Part shown: piece by piece, positions 58,933 through 64,000 of the stretch
How positions within the stretch are numbered: the stretch's first letter is position 1
How the letters are laid out: the number at the start of each line of letters is the position of its first letter
Assembly (NCBI GenBank): GCA_963664195.1
Contig: OY760907.1
Coordinates: forward strand, 2,912,001 to 2,976,000
DNA length: 64,000 nucleotides
Origin: an uncultured candidate division Zixibacteria bacterium
GTDB taxonomy: Bacteria; Zixibacteria; MSB-5A5; GN15; FEB-12
Direction of reading: 5' to 3'
Position numbers and translations under genes: made by a program
The notes under the pieces: generated by a model
What the model saw: only the letters and a program-made list of their open reading frames with translations
Databases searched by the model: none
What the model was told of the DNA's origin: nothing

Positions 58933-60291
58933 ATGGCTAAGACCAGAAAAAAAGTAATCATCATGGGCGCGGCCGGCCGCGACTTCCATAACTTCAATTG
59001 CCTGTACCGTGACAACAACGATGTCGAGGTGGTAGCCTTTACCGCCACGCAGATTCCGGACATCGAAGGCCGCAAGTACCCGGCCGTTCTCGCCGGCAAG
59101 CTGTACCCGAAGGGTATCCCGATTGTCGAAGAGGCCAAGCTGATCGACCTGATCAAAAAGCACAACGTTGAGGAAGTCATCTTTTCGTACTCCGACGTAC
59201 CGTACGAGTACGTGATGGAGAAGGCTGCCTACGTAATGGCTGCCGGCGCTCGTTTTTCTGTTGAGGGCGGCGCCTCGACTATGATCAAATCCAGCAAGCC
59301 GGTCGTCGGTGTTGTTGCTATCCGCACGGGTTGCGGCAAGTCCCAGACCACTCGTCGTGTCGCGCAGGCTCTGCAGGCGATGGGCAAGAAGGTCGTGGCG
59401 ATTCGTCACCCTATGCCGTACGGTGACCTGGCCAAGCAGACCTGGCAGCGTTTTGCCACGCTGAAGGATCTGGACAAGCACAAATGCACTATCGAAGAGC
59501 GTGAAGAGTACGAACCGCACATCAAGAGCGGCGTCATCGTATACGCTGGTGTGGATTATGAAGCCATCATCCGCAGAGCTGAAAAAGAGGCCGACGTTAT
59601 CCTTTGGGATGGCGGTAACAACGACATGTCTTTCTACAAGACGGACTTCCTGTTCACCGTCGTGGATCCGCACCGTGTCGGTCACGAACTGTCTTACTAT
59701 CCCGGACAGGCCAACCTGCTGATGGCTGACGCTGTCGTCATCAACAAGATGGATTCCGCCGACGCCGACGATATCGCCGAGCTGCGTGCCAACATCGCCG
59801 AGTATAACCCGAATGCTATCGTTATCGATGCCGCTTCGCCGATCCAGGTCGACAAGCCGGAATTGATTCGTGGCAAGAAGGTTCTGGTTGTCGAAGACGG
59901 CCCGACGCTCACCCACGGTGAGATGCAGTACGGCGCCGGTGTGGTTGCCGCTTCCAAGTACGGCGCTGCCGAACTCGTCGACCCGCGTCCGTACACAGTC
60001 AAGTCGATCACCGCTACTTTCAAGAAGTATCCGGGAATCGGCGAGTTGCTTCCGGCCATGGGTTATGGCAAGGCGCAGGTCAAGGATCTGGAAACCACGA
60101 TCAACAAGACCAAGTGTGATTCGGTGATCGTCGCTACGCCGATTGATCTCAGCCGCATCTTGAAGATAAAGAAGCCGTTCACTCGCGTGTACTACTCCCT
60201 CCAGGAGATCGGCACACCTGACGTGGCCATGGTGCTCGGAGACTTCTTCTCGGGCAAAAAGCCCGCGGCGAAGAAGGCTGCGAAGAAGTAA
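58933..60291 (+). CDS. Cyclic 2,3-diphosphoglycerate-synthetase-like P-loop enzyme; probable arginine synthetase (ArcE)
   Basis: IMGAAGRDFHNFN, RTGCGKSQT P-loop, RHPMPYGDL, TIEEREEYE, WDGGNND, EDGPTLTHG; immediately upstream of carbamate kinase. Confidence 0.75.
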   Translation: MAKTRKKVIIMGAAGRDFHNFNCLYRDNNDVEVVAFTATQIPDIEGRKYPAVLAGKLYPKGIPIVEEAKLIDLIKKHNVEEVIFSYSDVPYEYVMEKAAYVMAAGARFSVEGGASTMIKSSKPVVGVVAIRTGCGKSQTTRRVAQALQAMGKKVVAIRHPMPYGDLAKQTWQRFATLKDLDKHKCTIEEREEYEPHIKSGVIVYAGVDYEAIIRRAEKEADVILWDGGNNDMSFYKTDFLFTVVDPHRVGHELSYYPGQANLLMADAVVINKMDSADADDIAELRANIAEYNPNAIVIDAASPIQVDKPELIRGKKVLVVEDGPTLTHGEMQYGAGVVAASKYGAAELVDPRPYTVKSITATFKKYPGIGELLPAMGYGKAQVKDLETTINKTKCDSVIVATPIDLSRILKIKKPFTRVYYSLQEIGTPDVAMVLGDFFSGKKPAAKKAAKK

Positions 60292-60306
60292 CTTGCAGGG
60301 TTAACA

Positions 60307-60332
60307 GGCGGGCCGAAGAGATTCGGCCCGTC
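60307..60332 (+). other. Strong intergenic hairpin (mRNA stabiliser or weak terminator)
   Basis: GGCGGGCCGAA-GAGA-TTCGGCCCGTC with no U-tract. Confidence 0.5.
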
Positions 60333-60371
60333 TCGCATTACAACAAGAATGAGAGATTTGCAGACGAATAG

Positions 60372-61322
60372 ATGACCGTCAATAAGACAGCAGTAGTCGC
60401 ACTCGGTGGTAACGCCATTACGCGGCCGGGACTCGAGGACACTATCGCCAACCAGTTTGCCAACACCCGGCAGTCTCTGGACGGGGTTATAGAGCTTGTC
60501 CGCGACGGGTACAAACTGGTGGTTACGCACGGCAACGGCCCGCAGGTGGGCAACGCCCTGTTGCGTATCGAGGAGACCAGGGGCAAGGCGCCCGTACTTC
60601 CGCTCGGCGTGTGTGTGGCTGATACCGAGGGCGGCATGGGATATATGATCGAGCAGTCGTTACAGAACCGGCTGCGCGGTGAGGGAATCAAGCGCCCGGT
60701 GGTGACTATCATCACGCAGATGCTGGTTGATCCCAACGATCCCGCCATTTCCGACCCCAGTAAATTTATAGGGCAGTTCTACGCTGAAGAAGACGTCAAG
60801 CTGCTCATGGAGACCCGTGGCTGGCAGATGAAAAAGGATGCCGACCGCGGCTGGCGGCGGGTCGTTCCGTCACCAATGCCGCATGAAGCGGTCGAGGGTG
60901 ACACGATCAAGACACTGGTGAATTCCGGCACCATAGTCATCGCCGCAGGCGGTGGTGGGATTCCGGTCTATATCGACAAGAACGGTAACTATGAGGGATT
61001 GGATGCCGTGATCGATAAGGATTTTGCCTCGGCCGTTTTGGCCAAGGAGATCGGGGCGGGCACGCTTTCGATTCTCACCTCGGTTGATCGGGTGGCAATC
61101 AACTTTGGCAAGCCCAATCAAAAGGAACTGGATCATTGTACGCTTTCTGAGATAAAGAGACTGTTTGACGAAGGTCATTTCCCACCCGGATCGATGGGAC
61201 CTAAGGTTAAAGCGGCCATCAAGTTCATCGAGGGCGGAGGAGAAATGGTGACCATTACGTCGTTTGAAAATGCCTGCAAGGCGCTGCGCGGAGAAGCAGG
61301 AACACGGATAGTGCCAGACTAA
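60372..61322 (+). CDS. arcC: Carbamate kinase
   Basis: ALGGNA, THGNGPQVG, P.KFIG, RRVVPSP.P, GGGGIPV, AVIDKD, GSMGPKV. Confidence 0.95.
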   Translation: MTVNKTAVVALGGNAITRPGLEDTIANQFANTRQSLDGVIELVRDGYKLVVTHGNGPQVGNALLRIEETRGKAPVLPLGVCVADTEGGMGYMIEQSLQNRLRGEGIKRPVVTIITQMLVDPNDPAISDPSKFIGQFYAEEDVKLLMETRGWQMKKDADRGWRRVVPSPMPHEAVEGDTIKTLVNSGTIVIAAGGGGIPVYIDKNGNYEGLDAVIDKDFASAVLAKEIGAGTLSILTSVDRVAINFGKPNQKELDHCTLSEIKRLFDEGHFPPGSMGPKVKAAIKFIEGGGEMVTITSFENACKALRGEAGTRIVPD

Positions 61323-61324
61323 AA

Positions 61325-62719
61325 ATGATGTGTAAGCTCTCGGACAATGCGATCGGAGACATCTTGCGGAGGGGGCGCATATACGAAGTGGGAGGAGCGG
61401 TGAGAGACCGCTTCCTGAAGGCTCAGGGACCCTCCAAGGACCGTGACTACCTCGTGACCGGGATACCTTTCGATGAGCTGACACGCATTCTCAGGAACCA
61501 CGGCCGGGTGGGGCTGGTGGGCCGATCGTTCGGTGTCATCAAGTTCACCCAGTTCAAGGCCAACACACAGTACACGTTCGACATCACATTGCCCCGTCGC
61601 GAGCATTCAACCGGGACCGCGCACCGTGACTTCGAGGTGGACTTCGACCCGAATCTACGGGTTGAGGATGACCTCGTACGCCGCGACTTCACTATCAATG
61701 CCATGGCAATCGCGCTCGATGACGACACGCTGATCGACCCGCTCAGTGGAATGATCGACCTTGATAATCGCCAATTGCGCATGACTTCTAAGGTGTCATT
61801 CCAGGAAGACCCGCTCAGGATGCTGCGTGCGGTGCAGTTCGCCGCCCGTTTTGGTCTGGCTATTGAGCCGGAGACATTCAAAGCGATGCGAGAGCATGCG
61901 GCGCTGATCAATACCGTCTCGGAAGAGCGAATCGCCGAGGAACTGGTCAAGTTGCTCACACGCTCGGAGAAGCCTTCGGACGGCTTCCGCCTCATGCAGA
62001 CTTCCGGACTGCTCAAGTACGTATTGCCGGAACTCGAAGTCTGTGTTGGCGTTGATCAACCGGGTGGTTACCACAAGTATGATGTTTTCGAGCACACGGT
62101 GCATTGCATCGATGCCGTCCCGCCGAAACTGAATCTTCGGCTGGCAGCGCTCTTCCACGATATCAATAAGCCGCAGTCGAAACGTCCCAACGGCGAAGGT
62201 GCGACTTTTTACGGACATGAGTCTTTCGGAGCCAGAACCGCTGAACGTGTAATGACCCGTTTACGTTTCTCGAACGATCTGATCGACGAAGTCCGCACAT
62301 TGGTTGACCGTCACATGTTTACGACTGCCGTTACGGACAAGGGAATGCGCCGGTTGATCAAGCGGGTGGGGCAGGAGTTGATCTTCGATCTGCTTGATCT
62401 TCGCCGGGCCGACGTCATCGCTCAGGCAATGGGTGGCACGACTGAGGACGTCGACGAGTTTGAGGCAAACATCCGGGATGAATTGTTGCGCAAGCCTCCT
62501 TTTGGGTTCTCCGACCTGGCGCTGAACGGCAACGACATTATGACGATGTTCAACCTGAAGCCGTCGCCCACAGTGGGGGACATCCTTTCGTTTCTTATGG
62601 AGGAAGTTCTGGACGAACCTGAGAACAACACGCGCGACACGCTCGAAAGACTTGCAAAAGAATACTATCAAGAACGTTATATACAAAGCGATACTCAAAG
62701 TAGGGAAACGAACAAATGA
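61325..62719 (+). CDS. cca: tRNA nucleotidyltransferase (CCA-adding/poly(A) polymerase family) with HD domain
   Basis: VGGAVRD, D.DY, DLVRRDFTINAMA, EDPLRMLRA..FAAR, ERI..E, FHDI.K. Confidence 0.85.
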   Translation: MMCKLSDNAIGDILRRGRIYEVGGAVRDRFLKAQGPSKDRDYLVTGIPFDELTRILRNHGRVGLVGRSFGVIKFTQFKANTQYTFDITLPRREHSTGTAHRDFEVDFDPNLRVEDDLVRRDFTINAMAIALDDDTLIDPLSGMIDLDNRQLRMTSKVSFQEDPLRMLRAVQFAARFGLAIEPETFKAMREHAALINTVSEERIAEELVKLLTRSEKPSDGFRLMQTSGLLKYVLPELEVCVGVDQPGGYHKYDVFEHTVHCIDAVPPKLNLRLAALFHDINKPQSKRPNGEGATFYGHESFGARTAERVMTRLRFSNDLIDEVRTLVDRHMFTTAVTDKGMRRLIKRVGQELIFDLLDLRRADVIAQAMGGTTEDVDEFEANIRDELLRKPPFGFSDLALNGNDIMTMFNLKPSPTVGDILSFLMEEVLDEPENNTRDTLERLAKEYYQERYIQSDTQSRETNK

Positions 62720-63855
62720 AAGTTCATGAGCATCAGGCAAGGCAAATCTTTGCTGATCACGGCATGCCTGTACCCGCCGGTGAAGTGACGACTACGAACC
62801 TCGGAGCCAAAGAAATCGCTGAACGCTTTAACAAACCAGTAATGGTCAAAGCACAGGTGCTTGTCGGCGGACGTGGTAAGGCTGGCGGCGTCAAGTATGC
62901 TGAGAACGCCGAAGCGGCGAAAGTTCTGGCGACCAATATCCTTGGTATGGATATCAAGGGCGAGACGGTTCGCAAAGTACTTATTTCCGAAGCGGTTGAT
63001 ATTCTCTCTGAATCCTATGTCGGGATCATCCTCGACCGCGTGACTCAGCGTCCGGTGATTATGGTCTCCGCGGCTGGCGGTGTGGATATTGAAGAAGTCG
63101 CGGCAAAGACTCCCGAGAAGATTCACAAGCTGGCCGTCGATCCGGTCGAAGGTCTCAAGCTGTACCAGGCCCGCAATCTGGCCTACAAACTGTATCGCGA
63201 CATCGGTCAGGTTCGCCAGGCCGCAAACGTCATTATGAAGCTGTACGATGTCTTTTGGGATGTCGATGCTTCCCTTGTCGAAATCAACCCGTTGATCACG
63301 ACTCCGGCCGGCGAAGTGCTGGCTATTGACGCCAAGCTGAATATCGACGACAACGCCCTGTATCGTCGCAAAGAGATCGCCGCAATGCGCGACGTAGAGG
63401 CAGAGAATCCGGCCGAGGTGAAAGCCCGCGAGGCCGACCTGTCGTTTGTGAAGCTCGACGGCAGTATTGGCTGCTGTGTCAACGGTGCCGGTTTGGCGAT
63501 GGCCACGATGGATCTGGTAAAACGCTATGGCGGCGACCCGGCCAACTTCCTGGATATCGGAGGATCTTCCAATCCGCAGAAAGTAGTAGCGGCCATGGAA
63601 ATCATTCTGTCCGATCCCAATGTCCGGTCAATCCTCATTAACATATTTGGCGGTATCACGCGCTGCGACGATGTTGCCAACGGTATTGTGCTGGCCTTCA
63701 AGCAACTGAATCCGACGGTTCCGGTTGTGGTGAGGCTTACCGGTACAAATGAGAAAGAGGCGCAGAAGATTCTGTCTTCGGTCAATCTCCCTTCGGAAGA
63801 CACACTTGACAAGGTTGTCAAGAAGGCGATTGAGCTGGCAGGAGTTGATGCGTAA
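62716..63855 (+). CDS. sucC: Succinyl-CoA synthetase beta subunit
   Basis: HEHQA, KAQV..GGRGKAGGV, EINPL, NGAGLAMATMD, PANFLDIGG, NIFGGI.RCD. Confidence 0.95.
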   Translation: MKVHEHQARQIFADHGMPVPAGEVTTTNLGAKEIAERFNKPVMVKAQVLVGGRGKAGGVKYAENAEAAKVLATNILGMDIKGETVRKVLISEAVDILSESYVGIILDRVTQRPVIMVSAAGGVDIEEVAAKTPEKIHKLAVDPVEGLKLYQARNLAYKLYRDIGQVRQAANVIMKLYDVFWDVDASLVEINPLITTPAGEVLAIDAKLNIDDNALYRRKEIAAMRDVEAENPAEVKAREADLSFVKLDGSIGCCVNGAGLAMATMDLVKRYGGDPANFLDIGGSSNPQKVVAAMEIILSDPNVRSILINIFGGITRCDDVANGIVLAFKQLNPTVPVVVRLTGTNEKEAQKILSSVNLPSEDTLDKVVKKAIELAGVDA

Positions 63856-63882
63856 TCCGGAAACAAAGAGGAAGTAAAGACC

Positions 63883-64000
63883 ATGTCTATATTCATTAAC
63901 AAAAAGACTAAGCTGCTGGTGCAGGGAATCACGGGCCGCGACGGCTCTTTCCATGCCGCACAGATGAAAAAATACGGCACCGACGTTGTGGGCGGTGTCA
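63883..64000 (+). CDS. sucD: Succinyl-CoA synthetase alpha subunit (partial, runs off window)
   Basis: [39 protein letters not shown]. Confidence 0.9.
   Translation, partial: MSIFINKKTKLLVQGITGRDGSFHAAQMKKYGTDVVGGV

Noticed and set aside
58834..59916. 360-aa antisense ORF (similarly 18278-19369, 48737-49561, 15949-16737)
   Set aside because: Fully overlaps well-conserved + strand genes and has no motifs; typical shadow of biased codon usage.
1..64000. Selenoprotein genes with in-frame UGA, expected because selA/B/C are present
   Set aside because: Genes ending in TGA look full-length, often overlap the next start, and readthrough gives only short non-conserved tails. No split ORF with a catalytic Cys position replaced by TGA was seen. 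Very short selenoproteins could have been missed.

Overview
A gene-dense, mostly housekeeping bacterial chromosome segment with nearly all genes on the + strand. The gene set (batA-E, bshC/A/B1, a full-length SprA-like protein, smg-coaBC-udg-dnaB) points to an FCB-superphylum organism, possibly Zixibacteria-like; this is inference. Contents in order: bat operon, UPF0104 membrane protein and corA, bacillithiol biosynthesis with a CDF transporter, tRNA-Sec (selC), recG, murB, a SprA-like T9SS translocon, selA-selB-amidohydrolase, nfeD-stomatin, and an accessory stretch (about 30-37 kb) peppered with GTAG/GCAG-initiated REP-like palindromes that includes dCMP deaminase, glnA and an orphan LanFE-like ABC transporter. 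These are followed by gatA/gatB, purN/C/H, a two-gene cytochrome locus, smg-coaBC-udg-dnaB-mlaEF-radA-tgt, and an ALDH / arcE-like / arcC / cca / sucCD run. Best leads: (1) a Cyc2-like monoheme cytochrome-porin fusion paired with a Calx-beta lipoprotein carrying a non-canonical CX5CH cytochrome domain, a candidate minimal extracellular electron-transfer conduit; (2) an arginine-synthetase (ArcE)-like plus carbamate kinase plus succinyl-CoA synthetase cluster behind a TGTGA-N6-TCACA (Rex/CRP-type) palindrome; (3) a tRNA-Sec with a 12-bp rather than 13-bp acceptor/T branch that appears to be transcribed without a leader. No CRISPR array, integrase or transposase was seen. All family calls come from motif recognition by eye, not from database searches.
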